DNA of 64,000 nt from Veleropilina oligotropha (GCA_048128005.1 JBEUKZ010000094.1:1-64000); one strand, 5' to 3'. Positions 53,001 to 62,320 are shown, counted from the stretch's first letter. The notes: a model not told the origin generated them from the letters alone. Made by a program: numbers and translations.

Positions 53001-56000
53001 AGTGGGCCGGACGACCGATAGGACTGCGGCAACAGTTCTGATCGGTCTACCACTCTGTTCGAGCAAGGCACGGACGGAAAACCGCCGTAGAACCCCGTCC
53101 CGAACGCAGCCGGTCTGTCCACGTCCTCTAGCGTGACCACGGTGGGTGCACGGGAGAGACCGGGCCCTCTGAACGTCTCGTGAGCCTCGAGGTTGAGCGG
53201 AAAACCCCTAGGGGAAGTCGCGTCGTTCTCGAGCGAGGATTCAGGCGTCGCCAATTGTCCGAGTCTTAGACCTACAAGTAGGTGCCCGGCCTCTTTAAAG
53301 GCTTTCTCTGCATTGGGTCTGTCCCCGTCGCTAGACGGAGAGTTTCCCGCAGAAGGACTAACTGTCCCCTTATTCTTCGAGGCCGAAGAATAGGATGGGG
53401 ATGGTCTGCCCTGTTCAGCTGTTCGCTGCGCTGTCATGTATACCTTGCTAGCCGGCAAGGTATGGCTGACTGCAGTTACTAGGCCCAGTTGAGGAGGAAC
53501 GGTCGACACTCGGGTCTTTACCTGAATCTGGGGTACCGGCAAGGTTTCGGTGACTCCCCGAAGAGTCGCGGAGGTTTCGCCGGTGGATCCGGCGACAGAC
53601 GTCCCCTTGTGTCGGCTGTCGTCCAGCGTCCCTGAAGCAGACAATGAAGAAACATTAGGTAACTTACCGGTCTCTTCCTGACCCTTCTCCGGGGGAGGAC
53701 CCACCGAGGCAGCCGCCCTGGTCGACTTACCCTGGTGAGTCAGAACTGCCCACTGCTTATCTGATAGAAGAAAGCACAGATCACATTGATGTTGTATACT
53801 ACAGCTACGGTGAATACGACATTCCTTGTGCCTATCAAATCCGTGAATTTTCTGGTTACACCCGGAGCTACTGCACCGGACCATAGCTAAATACACGGGA
53901 GGGTGGACGTGGGTAGACGGGGTAGGTAAATAGGTATATATATGGTAGTTGTGACTTCTTTCCTATGGAGGGAGTACTACGACAACTCACAGAATTGCCC
54001 TGATCTGAAGATCAAAGATCAAGCGATATACCGTTAATAAAACCCCGAACTGGGATCACCGAGGTCGGGTATTTTACCCGACCGACCCGGTAACCCGGCA
54101 AATTGACTAAAACAAACGGTGGTTCTTTCCTCGAAAAAACCGCCCAGAAAAACACCTGAAAACCTCGTGGATGTTTTTATGTTAGTACAATGGCGTATTA
54201 TCCCAGCAACGGCAGGATATCAGAAAAAACGCAAGCGTGATATCAAAAGATCCTGCCTTTTAACAACGCTAGAAATTTTTTATATAATAAATAACCAGCA
54301 AATAGCGTTGTTAAGGAATTATCCAATATAATGAGTTACCTGTTTGCAGTCTCAAACAATATCAGATAAATATACCGACCAGAAATTTCAGCTACACTCG
54401 AAACTTTCCCTCTAAGCGGCCATTTTTAACAGCCACAGCGTCCTTGACGACGATGTCGGTTTCACTTGATGTCCAGAACTCCTCGAAGTTTTGAGAATCA
54501 CTCTTCTTATATTCACTTGTGTCTTGTATCCACAACACAGGGTTATATTCCACTACTTATATTCTATATAAGTATAATACTGCGCCCTGATTTAACGTGA
54601 AATCGGGCGCCTATTTCGAAATATTTGCGGAGCAAAACAACGTCTTTCCGCGGCAGCGGAAAACTTTGAATTGAGGTCTTGTGACTTCTATGGTTCAGAA
54701 GTCTCGCGAGACTTGGCGAGATCTCGCGGGGGAACGTAGGGGAGGGGGAGCAGGGGAGGTAACCGTGGTACGTTTTTGCGTTTTTGACTTATTAATAGTG
54801 CATAATGTGACTTATTCACTGTTTCCGGTTAGCAATAATATTACTATTATGGCAAGAGTAAGGACGTAAGTATGTTTGTAACTACATATCAAGGTTTACC
54901 AAGAAAATAATGGTTTCTGCAGGGGCATCGTGGAATGGGAAAACGAAGCTTCACTTTATTGATACCAAAAAAGTGAAAGTTAACTCTGAGACTTATCAAA
55001 AACTATTGGAAAAGGGACTCTTGCCTGATTGCCGTCGGCTCTATCCTGATGGAAGTTTTGTTTTCCAACAGGATGGGGCAACTTCGCACACAAGTAGGTC
55101 TACGCAAGCCTCCTTGGATCAGTCGGTGGACGAGTTCATAAAAAAAGACAAGTGGCCAACCCAAAGTCCAGACCTTAACCCAATGGACTATTCCATTTGG
55201 AATAGTCTGTCAGCGAAAGTGTACGAAGGACATATAGATGTGTTTAATGAATGTGAACTAAAAAAGAGGCTGAAGAAATGGAAAAAAAGACAGTTTTTGA
55301 AGCAGATGGAGACAATATTGATCACTTCTTTCAGTAAATATAATATAGCTATGCAGCTTTTTGGACGTTGCCCTTGCAGTTTTTGACATTTGTTTATATT
55401 TATCAGACTACAGAAAAAGTATGTGATATAGAGACTTGAAACTTTCAGAATATATTTAAAACATTACATTTTTTACTTGTGTGAAGTTTCATAACAATAT
55501 AGTGATTCATTGCAAAGTTATTAACCTTTAAAGTTCGGGAAGTTTTTTATTGGCCACCCGATATATGCCACCGTGGGTCAGTGGTAGAGGCCTGGCCTCG
55601 CCCGCATCGACCAGTTATATATGCCATCTTGGCTCAGTGGTAAAGGCCTATCATGCAGAAGATTGGGGTTTAATCCCAGCAACGTCTATAGAAGAGCAAG
55701 GAATAAGCATATATGTGCCTCGGTTTCACCTTGGCGATTTAATATCTGCGTACCTGATTGACAGACAGAAATTGTCAGATTGATTGGTCAAGCGCCTAAC
55801 AGGCATGGCCTTGTATTTGACTAATACACTCAGAGAGAGAAGAGATGGAACATGGAACGAACATGCCAATAAGCAGGGAATAATAATGATGTAAGCGCTT
55901 TAGGCAAGCATTCGTGTGTGAGAAAATGCAGATAAATCTCCAAATGTTATTATAATAATAATTAATAATGGATCCTTCTTATATTGAGCCTTTCCAAGAT

Positions 56001-57942
56001 GCTCAAAGCACTACATCTACATATTTCCAATTTACCGGCCTGTTCTGTTCGAGATTCAATCTCAACTCTCTCTAGGAGTATTACAGCCGAGCTGCCATTT
56101 TATAGGTGCATCAGATTTGTCATTCTGACAATTTCCTTCACTGCCAACCAGGTACCCATTTAGATCTCAGATCGGCTGGGTGAAACCGAGGAACATATAT
56201 ATGCTTATTCCTTGCCCAAGGGAATTCGGTGGGATCGGGGATTGAACCACATACCTCTCGATAAGAGGCCAATGCAACTACATGTACCACGGTGGCATAT
56301 AATTATGATTGTTATGTCAACTGTGTCTGTTGATTGATATGCCATGCATGAGACGGGATGGACTGGTGTGAGAAGGCCTCAATGACAAAGGACTCTCGTG
56401 ACCTGGACAGCGACTGAACAATACAAGGATAGAAATGGACATTTTAAACATCTAAATAATTATGTCAGACGATTACGATTTCTTCTTGAACAATATTGCT
56501 TGGCTTAATTTCTTGGAAAAAAATCCAGTTTCAGTACAAGTACTAATGCAACCTTTTTCTAAATCGGCAAGTAAAATAACCAAAAACAGCAGTAAAGAAG
56601 CACTTAACTGCCCAATAAACTATAAATACTGTGAACAATGACTATTTTATTTCATTTTCCGATATTGATGAGTTTGTAATATACTCTGACATGATATAAT
56701 CTCAAGGACAAACTATCCCTGGGTCATGATGCAAATCTGCACATTGCCACGATATAATAGTCCGTAATAATTAATTATTATAGCGGCACGAAAGCCTGGT
56801 CACCCGGAGAAACCAAACCTCATGGCCAGTTACACTTACAACTGTGACTGTTAATTGAACAAAGACTTCAGTTGAGGATTCGAACCCACTCCAATTAACC
56901 AGAGCAGGCAGGTGCTTTGGTAACCACACTCTTCTCCACATCACCGCTGGTGCGATCGTTCAGTCTATGATAATCATATATGAATTTCATGTTAGTTAAG
57001 TTTGTCTTATAAACAGCGAGGGTACTGGTCTCCATATAATATTTTCCACAAACAATATATAACTTAGCAGCTTACCTTTATGTGTCTTCTGATGGGACTT
57101 CAGGTTGCCAGCTGTGCTATATGTTTTTGAACAACCAGACAAATTACACGTGAACCTAGGAAGGACATGAAGATTATACTGTACTTCTCTGGTTTTATGT
57201 TGCATATCCCAACAAAGAGGACTACATCCTGCATAAGTGCTTGATATTATAATGAACATTATTTTGGCAACATAATTGTTTAAGTTATCAGAGTGGCCAT
57301 ATATATATTCATTTATATATGTAACTCATACATGTAATACCTACAGCCGGGAGTAAATTACTCCCAAAATCACCCCATCCTCCCCCAAAATGGCCTACTT
57401 CTGAAATGACATAAATCTCTCGAAATCATAACATACTCTCGAAATAACTTAATTCTTTCGTCAAGTTTATTTCCACAATATTATTTTCATGCAATGTAGT
57501 TTAGAATAGATTCTTATTCTGATTTCTAAATATTCATCGCAATTGTTTTTTGTGTGATGTTCAGAAATTGTAGCTACTAACTACAGTTTCTGGACATTAC
57601 TTTAAAAGTTATTTATTTAAAATGACAAGAATGACAAATATGCACTTTTTATGCTCTTTTGACGCACACTAATGAAAATATAGAGGTTGAGCACTCCACT
57701 CATCTGTAGATACCAAGCTATGCTTATCTGCTAAGTGCAGGCAGAACAGAGCATGATTAGAAATCAGCCACATCTTGTCCTGAAATGATAATTCAGCTCA
57801 CCTCTTGATTTCCCTTTCCTTTGTGTGTGGGTTTTGGCTCTCCAATGTCAGCGTGGCATGACTGGGGTGTTCTGGCATTATACTGTCGCCAGGGTGGAAC
57901 TGCAGCAATATATGATCCTCAGAAATCGTGTGATGAATATGG
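15591..57942 (-). CDS. MTF1: Metal-responsive transcription factor 1 (six C2H2 zinc fingers); 8 coding exons recovered, 5' start exon not found
   Basis: Exons 57802-57942, 57076-57155, 31712-31862, 30839-30970, 30326-30399, 26372-26496, 24293-24392 and 15591-17071 all have GT-AG ends with matching phases. Spliced translation includes [76 protein letters not shown]...[25 protein letters not shown]...[21 protein letters not shown]...[14 protein letters not shown], recognisably the MTF-1 finger array. Confidence 0.95.
17199..17609. mobile_element. Palindromic MITE
   Basis: TIR atagacgatttcac / gtgaaatcgtctat; internal inverted pair ggtagtcaaacaatggcg / cgccatattgtttgactacc. Confidence 0.75.
17775..18429 (+). 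mobile_element. Helentron-associated (HINE/DINE-1/pearl-like) element with internal ~146-bp tandem units
   Basis: 5' AACTAGAGCTATCACAGGAGTGATC, subterminal ATGCCCCCAC, ACAG microsatellite, 3' hairpin ATGCCCCC...GGGGGCAT before an A-run. Confidence 0.75.
18577..24308 (-). repeat. ~5.7 kb satellite (53/44/42-bp units, >100 copies) made of an MTF1 exon end plus splice donor
   Basis: Minus-strand unit (CA)GAAGGAACAGTCAG|GTGAGACAA(C/T)GCAATATAGCTGATCTGAGAAGGGGAA; the first copy is the real exon end at 24293. Confidence 0.97.
24293..24392 (-). CDS. MTF1: MTF1 exon after the finger domain
   Basis: tttcag acceptor (phase 0); [34 protein letters not shown]|gtgaga donor (phase 1). It bridges the phases of the two flanking exons. 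Confidence 0.8.
24474..25849 (+). mobile_element. Same HINE-like family, longer copy (~9 internal units); related copy at ~43975-44460
   Basis: Same termini as 17775-18429; 146-bp periodicity (25011, 25157; 25462, 25608). Confidence 0.8.
25850..26075. repeat. 31-bp minisatellite; degenerate copies also at 24405-24465 on the other side of the HINE insertion
   Basis: (aacctggatgtgccatgtatacacctaaaac)n. Confidence 0.85.
26372..26496 (-). CDS. MTF1: MTF1 exon: zinc finger 6
   Basis: ttctgcag acceptor; [44 protein letters not shown]|gtaata donor (phase 0). Confidence 0.9.
27300..30355 (-). repeat. ~3 kb composite satellite (31- and ~58-bp units) made of the finger-5 exon end plus splice donor
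   Basis: Minus-strand units GAAAACCCATACCAGGATCCACACAG|GTAAT and CCTGA(A/G)AACCCATACC(A/G)GGATCCACACAG|GTAACATCCATAGCC... Confidence 0.95.
30326..30399 (-). CDS. MTF1: MTF1 exon: zinc finger 5
   Basis: gcacag acceptor; [25 protein letters not shown]|gtaatg donor, immediately followed by a tandem array of the same junction. Confidence 0.93.
30839..30970 (-). CDS. MTF1: MTF1 exon: end of finger 3 and finger 4
   Basis: ttgcag acceptor; [45 protein letters not shown]|gtaagt donor. Confidence 0.95.
31712..31862 (-). CDS. MTF1: MTF1 exon: zinc finger 2 and first half of finger 3
   Basis: tttcag acceptor; [51 protein letters not shown]|gtaggg donor. Confidence 0.95.
32718..33952. repeat. 57-bp minisatellite (~21 copies), each with a minus-strand GAG|GTAGGT donor motif
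   Basis: Unit catgtctatatcatggcaggaagatagcaggtcatccaggaaaacctacctcaggtt. Confidence 0.95.
34296..35238. repeat. 47-bp minisatellite (~20 copies)
   Basis: Unit catggatataccagtctagatgtgcagtgtcatcatcgtgtgtgtca. Confidence 0.96.
37921..38640. repeat. 60-bp minisatellite (~12 copies) starting just after the Myb/SANT stop codon
   Basis: Unit gctgccc(g/a)tgctgagagag(t/c)tatcgagttgagaa(c/t)gcctgtgagtggagaatgcatt. Confidence 0.95.
38647..39323 (-). CDS. Terminal exon encoding a Myb/SANT-like (trihelix/MSANTD-type) DNA-binding domain plus C-terminal coiled coil, nested in an MTF1 intron
   Basis: ttttcag acceptor at 39324; open frame [23 protein letters not shown] [19 protein letters not shown]...[38 protein letters not shown] (W..W..C..RW trihelix pattern)...[33 protein letters not shown] stop. 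Confidence 0.8.
40295..40453 (-). CDS. Upstream internal exon (phase 1-1, 159 nt) of the Myb/SANT-like unit
   Basis: Strong acceptor tttctttcttcgtag; [53 protein letters not shown]|gtgcgt donor joins in frame (A+TC = Ile) to the 39323 exon. Confidence 0.65.
42855..43014 (-). mobile_element. tRNA-derived SINE copy (further fragments at ~7900-8105, 41890-42030, 42430-42580, 46030-46160, 56745-56950)
   Basis: Same head, B-box and core as the other copies. Confidence 0.7.
46713..46896 (+). repeat. ~57-bp tandem copies of a tRNA-like SINE head; the array continues at 55562-55700
   Basis: atatatGCCACCGTGGCTCAGTGGTAGAGGCCtggcctcgcctgcatcgaccagtt; the last copy at ~55622 continues into ggggtttaatccc (B-box-like) and a SINE body. 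Confidence 0.8.
47078..47233 (+). mobile_element. Short Helentron-associated (HINE/DINE-1-like) element inserted in the maT ORF
   Basis: Starts AACAAGA; ends with a GTCTCGC...GCGAGAC hairpin plus A-run shared with 45340-45375; removing it restores VKQKRKTR. Confidence 0.6.
47444..47659. repeat. DIRS inverted terminal repeat (element 3' end)
   Basis: Reverse complement of 54662-54877; I saw one mismatch over ~215 bp. Confidence 0.93.
47721..47811. repeat. DIRS internal complementary region (ICR)
   Basis: Reverse complement of the left terminus (47411-47463) joined to the reverse complement of the right terminus (54850-54889). Confidence 0.93.
48645..49760 (-). CDS. DIRS tyrosine recombinase
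   Basis: Catalytic set present: [10 protein letters not shown] (R), LAKNQ (K), AHEVR (HxxR), GYWK (W), FVKHYL (Y). Confidence 0.92.
   Translation of the reverse strand, partial: SPRVAEPLTFTRLAVIERSLAKKGFSKATALRIYRSRRISTTKVYDYRWVKYVDWCHSRQVNILRPPVNKFIEFLSSLFDRGMSVSAVKGYRATIATTLKQCRAHAGLSSDRTISDFIRSYELEIPTRKIKPPAWNIVLILNALLLPPYEPMSEITMRNLTHKTVFLIALASGRRCSEIHGFSSELRDIRFQSDGSVILRPILGFLAKNQRPNEDAPDVVIPKLTLVGRRDTDRFNCPVRALRFYLDRTRDLRQGKLRLFISYLPTYTRDITRTTVSRWISQTVRDVYIRCDNEDRTILSVRAHEVRAIAASVAFRHSLNITALLQAGYWKHANVFVKHYLRDYSTGADGLSSLQCVAAQRVIVRPRSSNQ
49700..50792 (-). CDS. DIRS pol, RNase H and DNA N6-adenine methyltransferase-like domains
   Basis: [50 protein letters not shown] (RNase H); VDLFA and AYAFPP (methyltransferase motifs); C-terminal LRLHAWRL lies in another frame after a second shift near 49795. 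Confidence 0.88.
50790..51843 (-). CDS. DIRS pol, reverse transcriptase domain (frameshifted at ~50790)
   Basis: [59 protein letters not shown] motifs. Confidence 0.92.
51635..53884 (-). CDS. DIRS ORF1 (gag-like)
   Basis: ~750 aa ORF from an ATG at 53884; N-terminal Cys/His cluster (CSSSGC...[10 protein letters not shown]...CDLC), low-complexity middle, basic C-terminus overlapping the pol start. Confidence 0.85.
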   Translation of the reverse strand: MVRCSSSGCNQKIHGFDRHKECRIHRSCSIQHQCDLCFLLSDKQWAVLTHQGKSTRAAASVGPPPEKGQEETGKLPNVSSLSASGTLDDSRHKGTSVAGSTGETSATLRGVTETLPVPQIQVKTRVSTVPPQLGLVTAVSHTLPASKVYMTAQRTAEQGRPSPSYSSASKNKGTVSPSAGNSPSSDGDRPNAEKAFKEAGHLLVGLRLGQLATPESSLENDATSPRGFPLNLEAHETFRGPGLSRAPTVVTLEDVDRPAAFGTGFYGGFPSVPCSNRVVDRSELLPQSYRSSGPLTAPSGQSFGFDPSTSAHGPWSSVPPVRAARLPSATVTSTELPAVSSSPVLPPGFSFEDVQAWIAAGIEERCKAWPTAPEPHPVPTHLPMAQSTAPASVMDIDPRSDEDLGSNHTDLPESVGPEDISLTGTQEPTSSTRRRLDAVASLRGVLGLSEPTRSAVDVAKHRTAAHRFVGREAPELPSLPQSGLVDLVVDSITKLVQGRNPVESSPLNEFPSGFRSGRYLRASTRAIPFECTGPCLATEPARVDASLRRLTASHTPSVAKVPWSALEAFESAARRALRLSSVQDFFLDGAIAVLQEDGPGAPEAALSFLQEVAAAQETSALETGRVLGNALLLRRDACLEGTSLDEPTRRSLRCVPCSATTLFGDNFSEFVDKRAADMKDRAIEKAVLHPTRGPPTDSRKRSGPTRAPKPSKRAKPSSGGRPPANKPTPKRQAPPAKSRKQSGRGKPRP
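54662..54877. repeat. DIRS inverted terminal repeat (element 5' end)
   Basis: Reverse complement of 47444-47659. Confidence 0.93.
57076..57155 (-). CDS. MTF1: MTF1 exon: zinc finger 1
   Basis: cctag acceptor; [27 protein letters not shown]|gtaagc donor (phase 1). Confidence 0.95.
57802..57942 (-). CDS. MTF1: MTF1 exon: conserved pre-finger region and basic stretch
   Basis: ttgcag acceptor; [49 protein letters not shown]|gtgagc donor; phase 2 at both ends. Confidence 0.92.
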
Positions 57943-60507
57943 CTGCAATTGCAAAATGAAATGAAAGAAATAAATAAAAGATGACTCAATCACAAACAGA
58001 GTACAGCAGATGAATGTTACACAGTATTGTGATCATATCATTTGAGGTTTCGTTGCTTCATGCTTTTCATTGACAAATGATTTGAATGTGATAATAATTT
58101 GTTGGACACATTCACTTCTATTGAGAGGTACCAGAAAATGAAGTGAAAGCAAGGCATAATCGCTCCATGGATAACCATTACACCACATCCGTTCTCTGTA
58201 TAAATCAATGTATAATTCTGGGTGTGTAGCCAATAAATGGATAACATATTAAATATTAAAGATGTATACATTTTGGGTGATCCTTTTTCACTGCATTTAG
58301 CTGAATCGTTGTTCATCAAAGCTTAAGCATCACACAATCGGGTGACAGTGATCATATGCCATGACTCATTCCCTCTCTCTGGACATCATACATGCATACC
58401 AACATTAATTTAAAGCAATACGTCACTTTTACCTAAGAGCACCATTTCCAGGCGTGACTCTGACTGTCCATCCAGTCCGTTTCAGATCAAAATCTATTCT
58501 CGATCAAATCTGTCCTCGATCAACCTTAAGCAACTGTGTTGCGATTTTTTTCTCAGAAAGTACACCTTCATGTTAGTCCAAGACTAAGACAATTTATTTC
58601 TGTGACCTACATTTAAATGCACATTCAATTGTTTTGCAATACAAACAAATGCAATTCGTTATTTACTATTTGTACGTATGTTAAAGCTATCATGAAACAA
58701 AATGGAAGCACTGATTCATTGTCCTCTATTCAACAGAGTAATACATCTGTTGATGACAGGTGACAGCTTTATAATCATTATCACTTCAACTGCAGCTATA
58801 TATTTCGATTATGAGTGTTTAATTGCCTAAATATTGGGCAGCTGATGAACATAAAGCATGACATTATTTACAATTTGACAACATATACTGTTGGTACTGT
58901 TCAATATAAGCTATACCTTAATCATAGAAGTTACTATATTGTGTATAAGGTTGTTTAAATAATTAGTTCAACTTGAGTTGCCATGTTGTATGATTAACAT
59001 GTCATCTATGTTTGCAACATATCTTACGACCAAATCACGTTGAAAATATATATATACAATTTCTCGTCGATCACAGAAGTTAAGTACGTTCAGCCTAAAA
59101 TTAGTAGAAAGTGTTTGCTGGGCAACAACGAGTCAGATAAATCATAATGCAGACAAAATCATCTGATCGGATAGGGACGTTAACAGCTCATTAACAGGGG
59201 GTCACAGTTTATACTGCAACACAACAACAAATGGCAAAGTGTCCATAATACATACATTCATGTCGACTTCTGTTTTGAAGTAGAATCAGGACAGGATTCA
59301 AGAATCTATTCTTATTTTAAGGTTCTATGCCAATGCATGCAGATGCACCAAAATTAAGAATTGATCATAAAACTAGACTGAAGCTCACATCTCTAACAAG
59401 GGCAAAACATTAGCTGTTTACAAATAAACACTGTGTTAAAGTGTATATATTTAAGAGTATATTATATGAAAACATTCGATAGCATGTCTGCTGCATCTTC
59501 ACTTTTGGCAGAGTTTGTCGAAACACAAAGAGCCTATAAGCTCTGTTGAATTCAGATCAAATGTCAAAGCTAGATATTATAATCTTAATATAATGGAGCT
59601 ATAATTGTATGTGTGTCTGTCTGTCTGTCTGTTTCAAGTTGAACTCCTCCCAGACGCTTTGACCTAGGACCTTCAAACTTTGGGGGGTTAATCGGGGTCC
59701 CCCAAGGAAGGTTTACCACGAAAAAAATTCGGAAAATTCGCGAAATAAAAAAAATTTACTATCATTTTTAATATAATCGAGAAAAAAAAAAAGAAAAAGA
59801 AAAAAGGGAGCACTATCCAAAAAAAAAAAAAAAAAATTGGGCTGGGGGGACTTACCCGGCGAAGACGGGTACCATTGCTAGTATTATGTAATACATGTAT
59901 CTGCATATTGCTCTCAGTTCTAGATCTATGCCACTTACATCATAATCATATTATGAATACTAATGATAATACACATTTCTCAGCTGCCTTATAATTCTGA
60001 TTCATATTATATGATATACAATGTGGTACATGCAAATTAAAACAGAACCTTATGCATATGTCATGGCTAGTTCTGGCTTATGATTTTCTTGTGCCAATGA
60101 AATCACCATTTCATAGTTTGCTATTCCAATGCCACTGTCAGATTGCTTCGGCCAATAGAAACTAGAAAAACGCTGTGGCATGCCTAAAACATTCTAGTAA
60201 ACCTCATATAATATCATACTCCAACAACGTTAGAGCGTGCTACTTTCTACGCACCTCACATTTCTCACCGCTTAATTAACATTGAATTTAGGAAACATTC
60301 AAAATACCAAGCAATATCGTACAGCATTATGCTTACTTTCATATTATTTACTCCCAGATAAGGAACGCATCACGTACACATGTACGTATATTGCACATAT
60401 TCGCTAATTTGATGCAGATGCATAACGTTCAACAAGTTTACTGAGTGACAGTCGCTAACGTTAAAAAATATGGCGATTGGGGTCAATGTAAATTATGGTA
60501 TGTCAAC

Positions 60508-60809
60508 CCGGTGTCGCGAACTCTATCGGTCCTCTGACTGAGGCGTACACTTGTCACTTGTGCGCATGCGCAGAGGTAGTTGGGTCATCTCAGTTCGTTA
60601 GGCGTTACGGTCCCTGAACTGAAACTAACCCTAACCTCTAACCCTAAACTGAAACTGACCCTAACCCCTAACCCTGAACTGAAACTAACCCTAACCCTAA
60701 TTATATTAATGCCACACTCAGTCAGCGGATGTTGATCCCATCAGCCTGACATGCGCACAACTGGCAAGTTTACGCCTGAGTCAGGGCACGGTACAGTTCG
60801 CTACACCGG
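60508..60809. mobile_element. MITE-like inverted-repeat element with an internal telomere-like (TAACCC) tract
   Basis: ccggtgtcgcgaact...ctgactgaggcgtacacttgtcacttgtgcgcatg pairs with catgcgcacaactggcaagtttacgcctgagtcag...agttcgctacaccgg; ctaaccctaa repeats at 60625-60700. Confidence 0.7.
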
Positions 60810-61189
60810 TCTCATATTTTATAGGACTCTATTAGGAGTAATAATATCACTGCCCGAGTAACAGTATGATCACATGCATCCATACAGCTGACAATCAAAC
60901 CAAAGAAAATGTATGTTAGCTTTGAGCAACCAACATGCATTGCACACATCGAAAAAACTTCTACCAAAATATCTTGATTAACTATTAGTTATTACATTCA
61001 ATTCATTATCACTGCGGCAGTGCCATAGTACCCCCCCCCCCCCCCCCCCCATATATCATATTGACTCCGACGCAACTGTTGTAACAATAAAAACAAGAAG
61101 ACAAAGCCATCAATATCCCCCGAAATGGTACATTCACAATAATTACTATATGCTGTATGTTCTTGAAACAATATCGTTGATTTAAATAA

Positions 61190-61950
61190 TAACAAGAGCA
61201 ATAACTCTGTCATTAATCATGACGCCACGTTAAAATTATGAAACGGCACCAGTTAACCAACTACAGAATACACGTAACACCCACCAAGTTTCATACACCC
61301 ACGTAGTCTTAAGCACTGTATGAGATATAGTCGGGAATAACAAAATTAAAGCGAGGGCAATAACTCTGTGAATATTTGACATACAACGCCAAAATTAACG
61401 AAAGGCACCAGTTCAACAACTGCTTTTAAAATACATCCACCAAATTACATAAAGTTATGCCGATCGGTTTATGAGATACACTTCGGAAAGGAGAACAGTA
61501 ACAAATTAACAACAAGGTCAATAACTTTGCTTATGATCACAACACAACTTCGAAACTAGCAAAAGGCACCAGTTCACCGACTACTTAATATATCTAGCAA
61601 GTTTCGTAAAGTTATGTCTAGCAGTGTATGAGCTATGCTCCGAAAAAGATAACATTTTAACGAAATTAGAACAAGGGAAATAACTCCGTGAATGATCACC
61701 GCATAACGTCGAAACTAGCAAAAGGCACCAGTTCACAGACTACTGAATACATCCACCAAGTTTCGTAAAGTTATGTCAAGAGGTGTACGAGCTATGCTCC
61801 GGAATATGTAACATTAACGAATTTAGAACAAGGGAAATAACTCTGTTAATAATAGCGACACAACGTCGAAACTAGCAAAAGGCACCAGTTCACAGAGTAC
61901 TTAATACACCCAGGAAGTTTCGAAAAGTTATGTCAAGCGGTGTATGAAAT
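61190..61950 (+). repeat. HINE-like element with ~160-bp units (relative at 13688-13915), truncated by the LTR insertion
   Basis: Repeated cgaaactagcaaaaggcaccagttcac motif; AACAAGAG start. Confidence 0.6.
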
Positions 61951-61952
61951 AT

Positions 61953-62303
61953 TGTAGTGCCCGGGGGTTGGTCCGAATTGACCAGAGCCGAGAGTCTGGT
62001 GCCCACTTGGGCTTATCTCCCTTTAGGTGGCGCTTCCAGCTAATCTTGTTTATTGGCCGTGGCCAATGGGAGGATGGGTCCAGTGGGCTTCGGCCAATCA
62101 GCGGGGAGCCCCCTTTAGACTACACCAGAAGGAAAGGCGATTGGGACACACGGGCGACACACGAGGAGACACGAGGTTGAACGGTCGAGGGGCACGTGTC
62201 GGAGGGCGGACGAGGAGTGGCGGAACGGTGACGGGGGAAGCGAACGGTGGAACGGGTGATTCCTCACACGAGCTCGCGGGGGCCTTACACCCCGACCACT
62301 ACA
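61953..62303 (+). mobile_element. 5' LTR of an LTR retrotransposon (element continues past the window end)
   Basis: 351 bp GC-rich segment bounded by inverted TGTAGTG...CACTACA, followed after 1 nt by a PBS; inserted into an older tandem-repeat element. Confidence 0.85.
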
Positions 62304-62304
62304 T

Positions 62305-62320
62305 TGGCGCTGTGAGCAGG
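62305..62320 (+). promoter_or_regulatory. Primer-binding site complementary to the tRNA-Ser(CGA) 3' end
   Basis: TGGCGCTGTGAGCAGG is the reverse complement of CCUGCUCACAGCG-CCA, the 3' end I recall for animal tRNA-Ser(CGA). Confidence 0.8.

Larger units (their letters stand above)
47411..54889 (-). mobile_element. Full-length DIRS1-type tyrosine-recombinase retrotransposon (~7.5 kb)
   Basis: Inverted terminal repeats, an internal complementary region near the 3' end, overlapping gag / RT-RNase H-methyltransferase / YR coding regions, and a shared AT at both junctions instead of a conventional TSD. Confidence 0.95.
46897..55563 (+). mobile_element. Degraded Tc1/mariner-superfamily transposon, DD37D (maT) type; 5'-truncated and interrupted by a short element and the DIRS
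   Basis: HTH-like [25 protein letters not shown] (D1) at ~47300; FQQDGA (D2) and SPDLNPMDY (D3) separated by 37 residues; right end ...TTGGCCACCCGA|TA; in-frame stops near 47398-47414. Confidence 0.85.

Noticed and set aside
58000..61900. MTF1 start exon or promoter
   Set aside because: No convincing ATG-containing exon with a phase-2 donor found; probably beyond the window or not recognisable by eye.
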